The notes: a model not told the origin generated them from the letters alone. A stretch of DNA of 64,000 nucleotides from an uncultured Candidatus Saccharibacteria bacterium (GCA_947253945.1 CAMYAY010000003.1:22664-86663), one strand, 5' to 3'; numbered from the stretch's first letter, positions 1-10,081 are shown. Numbers and translations: made by a program.

Positions 1-391
1 GTACGCCAGCAAGGTGGGGCTGATTGTGGCGGCCATCTTCGTGGCGATTTCCGTGTTGATTATCTTTAACACCATCCGCATGACCATCTTTAGCCGCCGC
101 GACGAGATTGCTATGATGCGCGCCATTGGGGCGGACAACTATTTTATTCGCGGGCCGTTCCTCGTGGAGGCGGAGCTGTACGGCGTGATTGCCGGCGTGC
201 TGACCGTGGCCGCGGGCTACCTACTCTTGCTCTATATCTTGCCAAATATGCGTAATTACATCACCGTCGACCATACCGGAGCCATGTTCCGTCAGTGGTG
301 GTGGCTAGTAATGCTTGGCATGATGGCAGCCGGTTGGCTGATTGGCAACATTTCCGCCCGCCTCGCCATCCACCGTTACATGAAGTGGTAG
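1..391 (+). CDS. ftsX: Cell-division ABC permease FtsX, C-terminal part (5' end lies outside the window)
   Basis: Multi-pass membrane C-terminus ending ...IHRYMKW, typical of FtsX. A coiled-coil CHAP hydrolase (PcsB-like) and CtpA follow downstream on the same strand. Confidence 0.7.
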   Translation, partial: YASKVGLIVAAIFVAISVLIIFNTIRMTIFSRRDEIAMMRAIGADNYFIRGPFLVEAELYGVIAGVLTVAAGYLLLLYILPNMRNYITVDHTGAMFRQWWWLVMLGMMAAGWLIGNISARLAIHRYMKW

Positions 392-535
392 GGGTCGACA
401 AGCCTTTCTCAATTATTGTTGTTATACCAATAGCCGCCGCGCGCGGCTATTATTTTGTCTTTGTGGATCTGTTTATCTTACGCATGTATTGCAAATTGCG
501 GCACATTTGCTACAATAAAAGCAGAAGGAGGACGT

Positions 536-838
536 ATGGCATCAACTAAAACCGCAACCGTCAACGTTAGGATACAAGAGGACGTCAAGCAGCAAGCCGA
601 ACAAATTTTAAGCACTATTGGCGTGCCACGCGCTACGGCCATTGATATGTTTTATCGTCAAATTATTTTGCACCGAGGCATCCCATTTGAGCTAGCGTTG
701 CCGCAAGGTTTGCCAGTGCAAGAAGACCTCAGTAAGGCAGAACTTGACCAATTGTTTGCCACTGGTTACGCGCAGGCTCGTGCCGGCGCCACTCAGCCCG
801 CCGACGCCGTTTTTGCCTCACTTGAAAAGGGGCTTTAA
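536..838 (+). CDS. RelB/DinJ-family (ribbon-helix-helix) antitoxin-like protein. No toxin partner is visible.
   Basis: MASTKTATVNVRIQEDVKQQAEQILSTIGVPRATAIDMFYRQII... matches the DinJ N-terminal RHH pattern. Preceded by an AGGAGGA SD. The longer ORF beginning at 455 is probably an upstream over-extension. Confidence 0.6.
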   Translation: MASTKTATVNVRIQEDVKQQAEQILSTIGVPRATAIDMFYRQIILHRGIPFELALPQGLPVQEDLSKAELDQLFATGYAQARAGATQPADAVFASLEKGL

Positions 839-978
839 TGGCTGACTACAGAATTGGGCGATTTAGCGTGATTATTGCCACGGCATCGTGCTTGTGCTAT
901 ACTAATTGAGTAAGAAAATTGTGCGAGAATTAGCTACGAGAGCTAGCTAATAACCAGTTGACGAGAAGGAGGGTTTTA

Positions 979-3015
979 ATGAGCCGAAGTTATTTAGTGG
1001 CGCCGCGGGCGGCAATCTATACTGGAGCGGCGTTAGTAGCTGCGCTGGGATTATTTGCGATGCCGGCGCATGCGGCCGAGCCGACTAGTGCGACTAAGGC
1101 AATTAGCATTAATGTTGGCCCAGTAGTTAATTTGACGTCGCAAGGCGACTCTTATAAGGCGACGGCTAATATTACGGTGCGGGCGAGTGAATCAAATGGC
1201 TTTAGGCTGACTATGGCAGCGAGCGGGCAGGATTTGGTGAATGTAGCGAACGATAAGTATAAGATTACCGCTGTTAGTGAGGGCAAGCCGGCTAAATTAT
1301 CGGCTAACCAATGGGGCTACGCGTTCAACCAAGCTGCGACTGAGTTTAGTCAAGTTCCTACGGCGGCCCATTCGTTGCAGCTTGCGAATACTCTACCGAA
1401 CAACTTGGATGGTTGCGCTAGTATTAGCGAGTGCACAAAGTCGGTGACTTTTGCGGCGAATATTGACAATACCACTCTACCAGCTGGCCGTTACAGCACG
1501 CAGGTTGTTTATACTGTCACGCCAAAGCTGGCGCCGAAGCCACCAGTGGTGAGCAAGTCTATTTGCCGGGCGGGCGCCGCGGATAACAACTGTAAGGTTG
1601 ACATCGACCCAGACATGGTGCCGGTTAAATACATTAGTAAGATTGACAAAAAAGGCCAAGAGACTGGTAAAGCCGAGCTGCTAAGTGTAGCCGACCCAGA
1701 AGCTGCCAATAGTGGCTGGTATGATTATGCCAACAAGCAGTGGGCGAACGCTGTGACGGTGAAGAAGGAGGCTTACGCGAAGTACAAGGGTAAGAGTGAG
1801 CCAATTGACCCAGCTGATGTTTTGGGCTACTGGGTGTACATCCCGCGCTACGCTTATGAGGTAATGCGCCGTGACTATACTGATAAAATAGCTAAGGAAC
1901 AGGATTTTAATATTCACTTTGAAAAGGCGACCGACCCGAAGCGCGTGCCAGCAGCTTGCGCGAGCGAGGGCAGTGACTACCGTACGGAATGTGGCTTGAA
2001 TCGCGATTATATTGATGGTAAGCCAAGTAACCAAGGCACTTGGGCGACCCACCCAGCATTTACCTTTGGTAAGAAGGAGCTGAACGGCATTTGGTTTGCG
2101 AAGTTTAACACTACTGGCAATCTCAAGCAGCCAACCGTTTTGCCAAATGTGCCACAGATTTCTGGCACGACCGAAGGTGTCGATAGTACTAACGCTCCGA
2201 TGGAGTTTTATGCGGCGGCGAAGTCACTTGGAGTGGCTGATGCAGCTAATACAGCTGGTGGCACGCCGTTAGCCGTTCAGAATAGCCATAATTTGGCGCG
2301 CTATAGCTCGCGTATGGTTAACAATAAGGATTGGAGCGCTATGGCTTATCTCACGGCGAGCCAGTATGGCGCTGGCAATAAGGGCGGCAGAAAGACCGGC
2401 TCAACAACTTATCGTACTAAAAAATCTAAAGATAGATATAAACTATACCTTACTGGCTGCGGTAGAAGTTCGAGTGCTAAGAGGAATAATGATACAGATA
2501 AATTTGATACGAGTGCGATTTGCGGTGGTAGCGGTGCTGGTAAGGAGTATGATTATGACAATATAGGGCGGTTTACTAGTACAACCAAGACTGTTTCTGG
2601 TGTTTATGACACAGCTAGTGGCGACGCAAGAGCTTTTGTAGCGGCAGGATATAGCGACGACCTTGCACACGCCATGGGCGAGGCTAAGACTGATGTACGG
2701 TATGCCAACCTGTATAACTTTAGCGAATTCAAGCAATGTACTTGGCTAACTTGTGGTGGCCAAGCGTTACATGAGGTTAACCTATATCACGATATAAAAT
2801 CAGGTAACTCATCGAAAGAACGTACTGGCCAATGGCTGTCTAACGAAGGGAGTAAATTTGTTTCGGCCGATAAACCTTGGTTTAGCCGATATAGCCTCTT
2901 TGATGCAGACCCTGTAGCTGGTATGCCGACCAAGCCAGCTGACAATAAGAAAGACAAAGACGTCAGATATACGTATTCCTTCCGCGTCGTGCTGGGCGAC
3001 TTTCGCCAGCAGTGA
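979..3015 (+). CDS. Secreted surface-protein family member A. N-terminal ANQWGY beta module, Pro-rich linker, C-terminal FGE-sulfatase-like domain. No poly-G switch.
   Basis: ATG at 979 with AAGGAGGG SD; the ORF-track start at 958 is an upstream TTG. Signal peptide ends ...AMPAHA. Shares the motifs NITV..GF.LTM, ANQWGY, AGRYSTQVVYTVTPKLAPKPP, CKVDIDPDMVPVKY, YWVYIPRYAYEVMRRD, GTWATHPAFTFGKKELNGIWFAKF, CGGQALHE and the GVYD FGE-like motif with seven paralogs in the window. Confidence 0.7.
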   Translation: MSRSYLVAPRAAIYTGAALVAALGLFAMPAHAAEPTSATKAISINVGPVVNLTSQGDSYKATANITVRASESNGFRLTMAASGQDLVNVANDKYKITAVSEGKPAKLSANQWGYAFNQAATEFSQVPTAAHSLQLANTLPNNLDGCASISECTKSVTFAANIDNTTLPAGRYSTQVVYTVTPKLAPKPPVVSKSICRAGAADNNCKVDIDPDMVPVKYISKIDKKGQETGKAELLSVADPEAANSGWYDYANKQWANAVTVKKEAYAKYKGKSEPIDPADVLGYWVYIPRYAYEVMRRDYTDKIAKEQDFNIHFEKATDPKRVPAACASEGSDYRTECGLNRDYIDGKPSNQGTWATHPAFTFGKKELNGIWFAKFNTTGNLKQPTVLPNVPQISGTTEGVDSTNAPMEFYAAAKSLGVADAANTAGGTPLAVQNSHNLARYSSRMVNNKDWSAMAYLTASQYGAGNKGGRKTGSTTYRTKKSKDRYKLYLTGCGRSSSAKRNNDTDKFDTSAICGGSGAGKEYDYDNIGRFTSTTKTVSGVYDTASGDARAFVAAGYSDDLAHAMGEAKTDVRYANLYNFSEFKQCTWLTCGGQALHEVNLYHDIKSGNSSKERTGQWLSNEGSKFVSADKPWFSRYSLFDADPVAGMPTKPADNKKDKDVRYTYSFRVVLGDFRQQ

Positions 3016-3105
3016 GCTACTGTTAAATTCGCCGCGAGACTATCATTAGCCCCTTGCGCAATTTGGCATAAGCGGTTATAATATAAATATTACGAAGGAT
3101 AGGTT

Positions 3106-4305
3106 ATGATGCGCAAAATAACAAAAAATCTAAGCTTTAAGCCAGCACATCGCCGTTACGGCACCGCCAAAGTTCGCTTTGGTACGCTGGTGTTTGGTAC
3201 TTTAATGGTGTCGGGCATGGTGGCACCGTACTTCTCGGGGAATGTGGCGCGCGCCGACAAGTATGACGACCAGATAAATGCCATCAAGTTGCAGATTGCC
3301 GATTACGACAATCGCCGGAACGACTTGCGGGCGCAAGCGGACAACTTGCAGAACAAAATTGCCGATTTGCAATTGCAGCAGCAGCAAATTCAGGCACAAA
3401 TTGACTTGACCACGGCCGAGCGTAATAGCTTGCAGCAGAAGATTGCCGAGCTTGAGGCGAAGATAAAGCGTCAAGCGACCGCCCTCAGCGAGAGCCTTAA
3501 GACACAGTACCTCAATGGCGAAATGTCTGCTCTTGATATCCTAATGAACAGCCACTCTATTAGTGACTACGTTGACCGTCAGACCCAGCAGAAGGTGGTG
3601 AGCGATAACATTAAGAAGAGCGTGGATAGCATTAAGTCGATGAAAATTGACCTCGAGAAGAAGAAAAAGCGCACTGAAGTTTTATTGGCGAGCCAACAAG
3701 ATCAAAAGACGGCGCTCGGTGCGAGTCGGCAGGAGCAGCAGACACTTCTCGACCAAACGAAGGGGCAGGATGCTGCTTATCGGGCGCTGACTAAGCAGAG
3801 TAATGACCGTATCGCGCAGTTGAAGCAGCAGCAGGCTGCGGAAATTGCCGCCCGTATGCGTGCGAAGGGTGGCAACCGCCTCAAGACGGCGGCGGGCACT
3901 GCTTGCGGTGGCGGTTATCCGGATCGCTGGTGTCACGCGCCGAAGGATTCCATGGTGGATAGCTACGGCATGTATAGCCGCGAGTGTGTGAGCTACGCCG
4001 CGTTTAAGGTGGCAAGTACCTATGGCTGGCCATCGTACTGGACGCGCGGCGGTAACGACGCCAAGAACTGGCTGGGTCGCGCCAGAGGTTATGGTATTCC
4101 AACCGGCAGCACGCCAAAGCCGGGTGCGGTGGCGGTGATGCGCAATGGCACTTATGGCCACGTGGCGTGGGTTGAGTCGGTCAACTCAGATGGCACGTTT
4201 AATTATTCAGACTACAACTCAGACAACCGTGGCAATTACGCCATGCACTACAACGCCAGCCCAGGGTTGTTTGATGGCTACATCTACTTCGCTCAGATGC
4301 CATAG
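3106..4305 (+). CDS. PcsB-like peptidoglycan hydrolase with a coiled-coil N-terminus and a CHAP amidase/peptidase domain
   Basis: Long Q/L-rich coiled coil followed by ...GGGYPDRWCHAPKDSMVDSYGMYSRECVSYAAFKV...GTYGHVAWVESV, which is the Cys/His CHAP signature. Lies on the same strand downstream of ftsX, matching the FtsEX-PcsB partnership known in Firmicutes. Confidence 0.65.
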   Translation: MMRKITKNLSFKPAHRRYGTAKVRFGTLVFGTLMVSGMVAPYFSGNVARADKYDDQINAIKLQIADYDNRRNDLRAQADNLQNKIADLQLQQQQIQAQIDLTTAERNSLQQKIAELEAKIKRQATALSESLKTQYLNGEMSALDILMNSHSISDYVDRQTQQKVVSDNIKKSVDSIKSMKIDLEKKKKRTEVLLASQQDQKTALGASRQEQQTLLDQTKGQDAAYRALTKQSNDRIAQLKQQQAAEIAARMRAKGGNRLKTAAGTACGGGYPDRWCHAPKDSMVDSYGMYSRECVSYAAFKVASTYGWPSYWTRGGNDAKNWLGRARGYGIPTGSTPKPGAVAVMRNGTYGHVAWVESVNSDGTFNYSDYNSDNRGNYAMHYNASPGLFDGYIYFAQMP

Positions 4306-4317
4306 CCTCTGCGCCGG

Positions 4318-4350
4318 CATCCACATAACCCCCGCATTTGCGGGGGTATA
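4318..4350 (+). terminator. Rho-independent terminator after the CHAP hydrolase gene
   Basis: aacccccgcatttgcgggggtatattttt is a GC stem followed by a T run. Confidence 0.6.
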
Positions 4351-4383
4351 TTTTTATCCTCATGTAGTCGCGCTTGTGGTATA

Positions 4384-5601
4384 ATGGTAACAATGAGTGA
4401 GGGTGAAAATAATTATCAGGGAGTTTGGGCGACGCAGCCAAACTCGACCGCCCGTAAGCCACGCCAAGGCGTGACTCCAGCGGTATGCTTTTTAATCGCG
4501 CTGGGTACGGGGTTGGTGTGCTTCGCGCTAGGCACGCGGTTCCAAAATGTGTCATTTAATACCATCGACTACGGCAGTTTGCGCGAGGTTTACGACACGT
4601 TGCAACAGAAGTTTGACGGCAAGCTTGATAAAACTAAGCTTGAACAGGGCGCGGTGCGTGGTCTGGTGGCCGGTGCGGAAGACCCGTATACAGTTTATCT
4701 GACCGACGAAGAAGCCAAGGCTCTGACTGATGACCTCGCGGGCTCGTTTGAAGGCATCGGCATTGCTATGGGCATCAGCCAAGACAAGCAGTTGCAGGTG
4801 ATGTCGATTCTTGATGGTGGTCCGGCGCAAAAGGCGGGGCTGAAGAGTGGTGACCTGATTGCAGCCATTGACGGCGAGCCGTCGCTTGACTTGCATCCGG
4901 CGAAGGCAGCGAAGAAGATTCGCGGGCCGATTGGTACAGAGGTAAAGCTGACTATCATTCGCGGTACGGAGCGCAAGGACTTCACCCTGAAGCGTGACAA
5001 AATTACCACACCGAGCGTCACGTGGCGTAAGGAAGGCGACTTTGGCTACATTCGCGTGTCGCAGTTCGGCGCAGATACGGCGTCGTTGATGAACAAGGCG
5101 GGCAAGGAGTTGACCGACCAGCACGTGAAGGGCTTGGTGCTTGACTTACGCGATAATGGTGGTGGCTACGTGGACGCTGCGCAAGATTTGGCTGGTATGT
5201 GGCTACCGAAGGGCAACATGGTGGTGCAGGAGCGCCGTGGTTCGCAGGTGATGGGTACGTTGCTGTCGCAGGGCGAGCCAACCCTTAACCAGTACAAGAC
5301 TGTGGTGTTAATTAACGGCGGTACGGCTTCGGCGGCGGAAATTTTGGCAGGCGCCTTGCATGATTATGGCCGCGCTACCTTGTTAGGTGAAAAGTCTTAC
5401 GGCAAGGGTAGTGTGCAGCAGCTATTGCCGATTGATGGCGGCCAGCTCAAGATCACCGTGGCTAAGTGGTACACGCCGAAGGGCAAGAACATCAACCACG
5501 AGGGTATCAAGCCAGACAAAGAAGTGAAGCTTGACGCTGAGCAGATTCAGCAGGGTCACGATAACCAGCTCCAAGCCGCGCTTGACGAGCTAAAGAAATA
5601 G
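4384..5601 (+). CDS. ctpA: C-terminal processing peptidase, S41 family, with a PDZ domain
   Basis: PDZ segment GIGIAMG...DGGPAQKAGLKSGDLIAAIDGE and S41 core LVLDLRDNGGG...TASAAEILAGAL. A TGnTATAAT promoter lies at 4366-4380. Confidence 0.8.
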   Translation: MVTMSEGENNYQGVWATQPNSTARKPRQGVTPAVCFLIALGTGLVCFALGTRFQNVSFNTIDYGSLREVYDTLQQKFDGKLDKTKLEQGAVRGLVAGAEDPYTVYLTDEEAKALTDDLAGSFEGIGIAMGISQDKQLQVMSILDGGPAQKAGLKSGDLIAAIDGEPSLDLHPAKAAKKIRGPIGTEVKLTIIRGTERKDFTLKRDKITTPSVTWRKEGDFGYIRVSQFGADTASLMNKAGKELTDQHVKGLVLDLRDNGGGYVDAAQDLAGMWLPKGNMVVQERRGSQVMGTLLSQGEPTLNQYKTVVLINGGTASAAEILAGALHDYGRATLLGEKSYGKGSVQQLLPIDGGQLKITVAKWYTPKGKNINHEGIKPDKEVKLDAEQIQQGHDNQLQAALDELKK

Positions 5602-5935
5602 CCAAGCTAATAGCTCAATAAAATATCCCAGCCCTTAATAATTGGGCTGGGGTTTAGTTTTATTGAGTTAGCTATGGCTGCAAGGGGTAAAATCGTAGTC
5701 CAGTCGTGACAAATTGCTTTTATGCTGCATAGCGCAGTAACGGGTCAAGCTCCGCCAGAGGCAACCCATATTTGGTAACGCGCACGGTGTAGATAAAAGG
5801 ATGTGGCGGCGGTGCTGGATGCAGCGCTGAGGCATTAAGCTGCTAGCGACGGGGCTTTATGAAGTTAGTTCGCCATACGCCCATACGCTCATAATTAAAT
5901 CCCAGCCTTATGGCTGGGATTGGGGCTAAGTTTAG

Positions 5936-6631
5936 TTAAAATAGCTTGATTTTATTGACTGGCCAGAGGCGAACACCAACCGGGCCAACGATGTTTTCAA
6001 ATGGGATGGTGCCGAGGCTTGGCCGGCCGCCGCCATTGCGGCTATCGGTGGAGTAGTTACCGTAACGGTGGTCGCCATCGACAAAGATTTCGCCTTGTGG
6101 TACGGTGATGTCGGTACCTTCGCCGGCAACGCACGGGTTGACCTCTTTATCGTTCGGTGCCAAATTCTTGAAAGTCGGATACGGGTCGAAGCCCTCAGGG
6201 TGCTCTTGATTGTGAACATAGAGGTGACAATCCTTTACCACCATGCGCTCGCCCGGTAGACCGGTGACGCGTTTCACGATATATTCTGGCTGACCGGTGC
6301 TGGTCATGGCAGTGCTCTTAAAGACGATGATGTCGCCGCGCTTCGGCACGTATGGCTTGCCTTGCAGGCGCGCAAAGGTGACGGGCAGGCGGTTAACTAA
6401 CACGCGGTCGCTGCCGTTTTGGCCTTCGAGAGTCGGCTCCATACTCGGACCCACGACGTCGAAACTCTGAAAAATAAAGGTATTAATGGCCCAGGCGCCG
6501 ACGATAACGGCGACAACAAAACCAAAAATGCGCGTAAAATCGTGCCAAGCATTTTTGGCTGAGGCGCGGTCCATCGGGTGTGGCTCTTCGACTGGCTGCG
6601 GCTTTAATGGTTCATCTGCATTAATTTTCAC
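5936..6631 (-). CDS. lepB: Signal peptidase I (S26)
   Basis: N-terminal TM segment, then GPSMEPTL (catalytic Ser box), RGDIIVF, VKRVTGLPGE, and GEIFVDGDHRYGNYSTDSR (box E). Confidence 0.8.
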   Translation of the reverse strand: MKINADEPLKPQPVEEPHPMDRASAKNAWHDFTRIFGFVVAVIVGAWAINTFIFQSFDVVGPSMEPTLEGQNGSDRVLVNRLPVTFARLQGKPYVPKRGDIIVFKSTAMTSTGQPEYIVKRVTGLPGERMVVKDCHLYVHNQEHPEGFDPYPTFKNLAPNDKEVNPCVAGEGTDITVPQGEIFVDGDHRYGNYSTDSRNGGGRPSLGTIPFENIVGPVGVRLWPVNKIKLF

Positions 6632-6701
6632 TCTATTTATTGTAGCGCAACTATAAGCATTTTGTCCAGAACCCGCGCGATATGTTATAATGTAATTATC
6701 T

Positions 6702-7556
6702 ATGGTGGATTTTATACATTCGGCGCATCACCACGGCTGGCTCGCGCTGGCGACACATGTGATTGCCAACGTGGCACTCGGCTTTTTGCTGGTGCTACTA
6801 GTGTACTTTTTTAAGACGCCGTGGCTCGCCATTGGCTTGTTGCTGATTTCGAAGTGGCGCGTGCTGGCGGTGCGGCCGCGTTACTGGTGGGCAAATATTT
6901 TGAGCTCGCTGCCGGACTTGGTGGTCGGGCTGAGCGTGATTATGTTGTCAGCCTATGTGGGCGACACGTACGAGAACCTGATTCGTAACGGTTTGCCGCC
7001 GACGATGGGCACGATGTTTTGGAGTTTTAATGTCAACGCACTTGAGGTGCAGCTGGGTATTGCGACCTTGTACGCCATTTGGCTGACGTGGATTAAGCCG
7101 TTGTCGAGTGAGCGCGCGGTGCTGTTTCAGGCGGGCGTGTGTGAATTGTTCGGGCTGATGGTGATCTATACGCTGTCGAAGGAGACGCTCTGGCTGGCGC
7201 TAGTGCTGACCTTCGTGGTGGCGTTTAGCGCGGCGCGGCAAGCGTTGGGGCAGTACGACGAAAAGTCGCGGTCGCTGCTGGCTTCAGTTTGGGGCGTCTT
7301 GGTGACTATTCTTGGCTATGCCTGCTGGCACTGGAACGTGATGTATCCGGTGATTTCGCTGCTGATTTTATTGCCGCAGATTGTGATTTTTGTGGCGATG
7401 ATTTCATTTGTCACTATCAAGGTGTACAAGGCGTGGGCAGACGACCGCCACGTGACATGGGAAGAGCTCGGCGCACCGGTGGTGTTCGCGCTGGCAATGA
7501 CGGTGGTGCTACTCATCTTCTTTAGCCGCTTGTTCGAGCTGCCAATACAGCCATAA
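6702..7556 (+). CDS. Polytopic integral membrane protein of unknown function
   Basis: About eight hydrophobic segments. I recognised no catalytic motif. Confidence 0.45.
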   Translation: MVDFIHSAHHHGWLALATHVIANVALGFLLVLLVYFFKTPWLAIGLLLISKWRVLAVRPRYWWANILSSLPDLVVGLSVIMLSAYVGDTYENLIRNGLPPTMGTMFWSFNVNALEVQLGIATLYAIWLTWIKPLSSERAVLFQAGVCELFGLMVIYTLSKETLWLALVLTFVVAFSAARQALGQYDEKSRSLLASVWGVLVTILGYACWHWNVMYPVISLLILLPQIVIFVAMISFVTIKVYKAWADDRHVTWEELGAPVVFALAMTVVLLIFFSRLFELPIQP

Positions 7557-7650
7557 CAGAGGTGGCAGCGTTATTTGATTGAGCTACGGGGCTGGATAAT
7601 AAAAAATGTATTCAACCGCTCGGTGTCGCTTGAGCGGTTTTAGTTTGCCA

Positions 7651-8490
7651 TTAAGTGGCGCGTCTTAAGACGAGGGTGAATGGTGCTTTTGAGACGACCT
7701 CAAGCCCGCTCCTGGCGGCTCGGTCGGCCACTTGGTCAAGCTGGTGGGTTTCCATCTCCATTATCAGGTAGCCGCGCGGTGTGAGGTAGTTGCGGGCGGC
7801 GGCAACGAGCTCCAGTATTAGGCAGTTGCCATGGTCATAAGTGTAGAGCGCGAGGTTTGGCTCGTGCGCCAGTTCGGGGGAGTAGTCCGCGCGCCGGTCG
7901 TAATCGAGGTACGGTAGGTTGGCGAGGATGAAGTCGAAGCGCCCCGTGATATTGTTAAATAAGTTCGAGTTGACGAAGGTGATTTTATTGTCTACGTGGT
8001 AGTGGCCGGCGTTAAGTTCGGCAACGGGCAGCGCTTCTTGGCTGATGTCGCTGGCTGTCACCTTGAGGTCGGGCAGTTCAAGCTGCGCCGTGATAGCAAG
8101 GCAGCCCGAGCCGGTGCCGACGTCTAGTAAGGTGTGGTGTTGGTCGGGCTGGTAGAGCTGCTTTAGGGTATCAATTATGACCTCGCTTTCGGGGCGCGGA
8201 ATCAGCGTAGCGGGCGTGACGGTGAAGTCGCGGCCGTAAAATGCCTTGCGGCCAGTGAGGTAGGCAACGGGAATGTGCCGCGCGCGCTGGGCGATGAAGT
8301 CGAAGAAGACGGCGGCGGTCACGGCGTCAACTGCTTGGTCGCCGTGGGCGAGCAGGGCGGTGCGGTCGAGCTTGGTAGCAAAGGCAAGCAAAAGCTCGGC
8401 GTCAAGCCGCGCCGAGTCAATGTGGTGCAACATAAGGCGCTGCGTACCAGTGGTTAAAAGTTGTTCAAGCGTGAAGTCGGCCAAATTCAC
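7651..8490 (-). CDS. prmC: Release-factor glutamine N5-methyltransferase PrmC/HemK
   Basis: SAM-binding VGTGSGCLAI and a substrate motif FDFILANLPYLDY (NPPY-like). Sits immediately downstream of prfA on the same strand. Confidence 0.7.
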   Translation of the reverse strand: MNLADFTLEQLLTTGTQRLMLHHIDSARLDAELLLAFATKLDRTALLAHGDQAVDAVTAAVFFDFIAQRARHIPVAYLTGRKAFYGRDFTVTPATLIPRPESEVIIDTLKQLYQPDQHHTLLDVGTGSGCLAITAQLELPDLKVTASDISQEALPVAELNAGHYHVDNKITFVNSNLFNNITGRFDFILANLPYLDYDRRADYSPELAHEPNLALYTYDHGNCLILELVAAARNYLTPRGYLIMEMETHQLDQVADRAARSGLEVVSKAPFTLVLRRAT

Positions 8491-8492
8491 CT

Positions 8493-9563
8493 CTATTTAA
8501 TCGCCGCCTGTTGCAAGTTTAGTTCGCGTTCGTGGGCGCGGAGGTGTTCGATGATGTCGTCAATTTCGCCGTTCATCGCGGCCGGCACGTTGGAGCGTGA
8601 GTACTTGATGCGGTGGTCGGTGATGCGGTCCTGCGGGAAGTTGTAAGTGCGAATCTTTTCGCTGCGGTCGCCCGAGCCAATCAAGGCGCGGCGCTCGGCA
8701 GTTTCGGCGGCGTTCTGCTTATCAATCTCGATTTGGAGCAAGCGCGAGCGCAAGACTTCCATGGCCTTCTTTTTGTTTTCAATCTGTGAGCGGCCGTCTT
8801 GGTTTGTGACAATCAGGCCGGTTGGCAAGTAAGTGATGCGCACGGCGGAGTCGGTGGTGTTGACGCCCTGGCCGCCCTTGCCGGAACTGCGGTAGATGTC
8901 GATGCGGAGGTCCTTCGGGTCGATGTCAATGTCGGCTTCGGAGGCCTCGGGCAATACGGCAACAGTGGCGGTGCTGGTGTGGATGCGGCCCTGCGACTCG
9001 GTGACGGGCACGCGTTGCACGCGGTGGACGCCGGATTCAAACTTGAGCTGGGCGTATGGCTCGTCACCCGTCACTTTAAAGACTACCTCTTTAATGCCGC
9101 CGGCGTCGTTGGCGCTTTCGGTCATAATTTCAGTCTTGAGGTGATGCGTCTCGGCGTAGCGGAGGTACATCTTGAGTAATTCGCTAGCAAAGAGCGAAGC
9201 TTCGTCGCCGCCTGCACCAGCGCGGATTTCCATAATGACGTTTTTGTCGTCGTTTGGGTCGTGTGGAGCCAGCAAAGTGTTGATGGCGTCGTTGATTTGC
9301 GCCAGCTGCGCCTCAAGGTCAGGAATTTCAGCCTGCGCCAGATCGGCTAGCTCGTCGCTGCCGGTGGCGAGCTCTTTAGCTTCTTCTAGTTGGTGATGCA
9401 GTTCATTGCGGCGTTCGGCCTTCGCCAAAATGTCGCTGATTTCCGCCAGCCGCTTGGCCTTTTTACTGTACTGCGGGTCAGAGAAGGCCTGCGGGTCGGC
9501 CATAAATTGCTCGAGCTCGGCTTGCTCGCGCTTTAGTTCATCAAGATTGATTGCAATTTCCAT
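8493..9563 (-). CDS. prfA: Peptide chain release factor 1
   Basis: GGQ motif ([24 protein letters not shown]) and RF1 domain order. The start is set at [10 protein letters not shown]; the ORF track extends to 9593. Confidence 0.9.
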   Translation of the reverse strand: MEIAINLDELKREQAELEQFMADPQAFSDPQYSKKAKRLAEISDILAKAERRNELHHQLEEAKELATGSDELADLAQAEIPDLEAQLAQINDAINTLLAPHDPNDDKNVIMEIRAGAGGDEASLFASELLKMYLRYAETHHLKTEIMTESANDAGGIKEVVFKVTGDEPYAQLKFESGVHRVQRVPVTESQGRIHTSTATVAVLPEASEADIDIDPKDLRIDIYRSSGKGGQGVNTTDSAVRITYLPTGLIVTNQDGRSQIENKKKAMEVLRSRLLQIEIDKQNAAETAERRALIGSGDRSEKIRTYNFPQDRITDHRIKYSRSNVPAAMNGEIDDIIEHLRAHERELNLQQAAIK

Positions 9564-9638
9564 AATATTATTATACCAGATATGAGTAGGCAAAATAAAA
9601 CTACCCCTAACGGCGTCAGGGGTAGCGATGCGGACAGG

Positions 9639-9992
9639 CTAAGCCTCGAGTTCAGCCTTGGCTTTGGCAGCCTCAGCCTCAGCTTTGGCCTTGGCGGCAG
9701 CCTTTGCAGCAGCAACCCGCTTGGCTTGAGCTTCCTTAAGTTCTTTTGCAGCCTTCATCTTGGCGGCAAAGCGATCAACACGACCTTCGGTGTCGATAAT
9801 CTTCTCTTCACCAGTGAAGAATGGGTGGCTCGCTGAAGAAATGTGGAGCTTGATTAGCGGGTACTCGTTGCCGTCCTCCCACTTGGTGGTCTCGTTTGAT
9901 GGAGCGGTTGACTTCGTCAAAAATGAGAAGTGTGCGGCTTCGTCTTCAAAAACTACCAAGCGATAGTCCTGTGGATGAATACTTGTCTTCAT
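9639..9992 (-). CDS. rpmE: Ribosomal protein L31 with a Lys/Ala-rich C-terminal tail
   Basis: [29 protein letters not shown]...[11 protein letters not shown]...SHPFFTG is a canonical L31 N-terminus. Confidence 0.8.
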   Translation of the reverse strand: MKTSIHPQDYRLVVFEDEAAHFSFLTKSTAPSNETTKWEDGNEYPLIKLHISSASHPFFTGEEKIIDTEGRVDRFAAKMKAAKELKEAQAKRVAAAKAAAKAKAEAEAAKAKAELEA

Positions 9993-10081
9993 ATCTACTA
10001 TATTTTACCGCATTTATTTTGAAATGTCAAAACTCGCGGCGCGCGGCAGTATAAAACCCCGCCGGAGCGGGGTGGTTAGAC

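Noticed and set aside
1477-2736. Numerous 60-130-aa antisense ORFs inside the large family genes and housekeeping genes (e.g. 1477..1659, 1681..2052, 27316..27636, 29797..30318, 44169..44607, 53296..54182)
   Set aside because: Each lies entirely within a well-supported CDS on the other strand, with no RBS or promoter and a composition typical of antisense frames.
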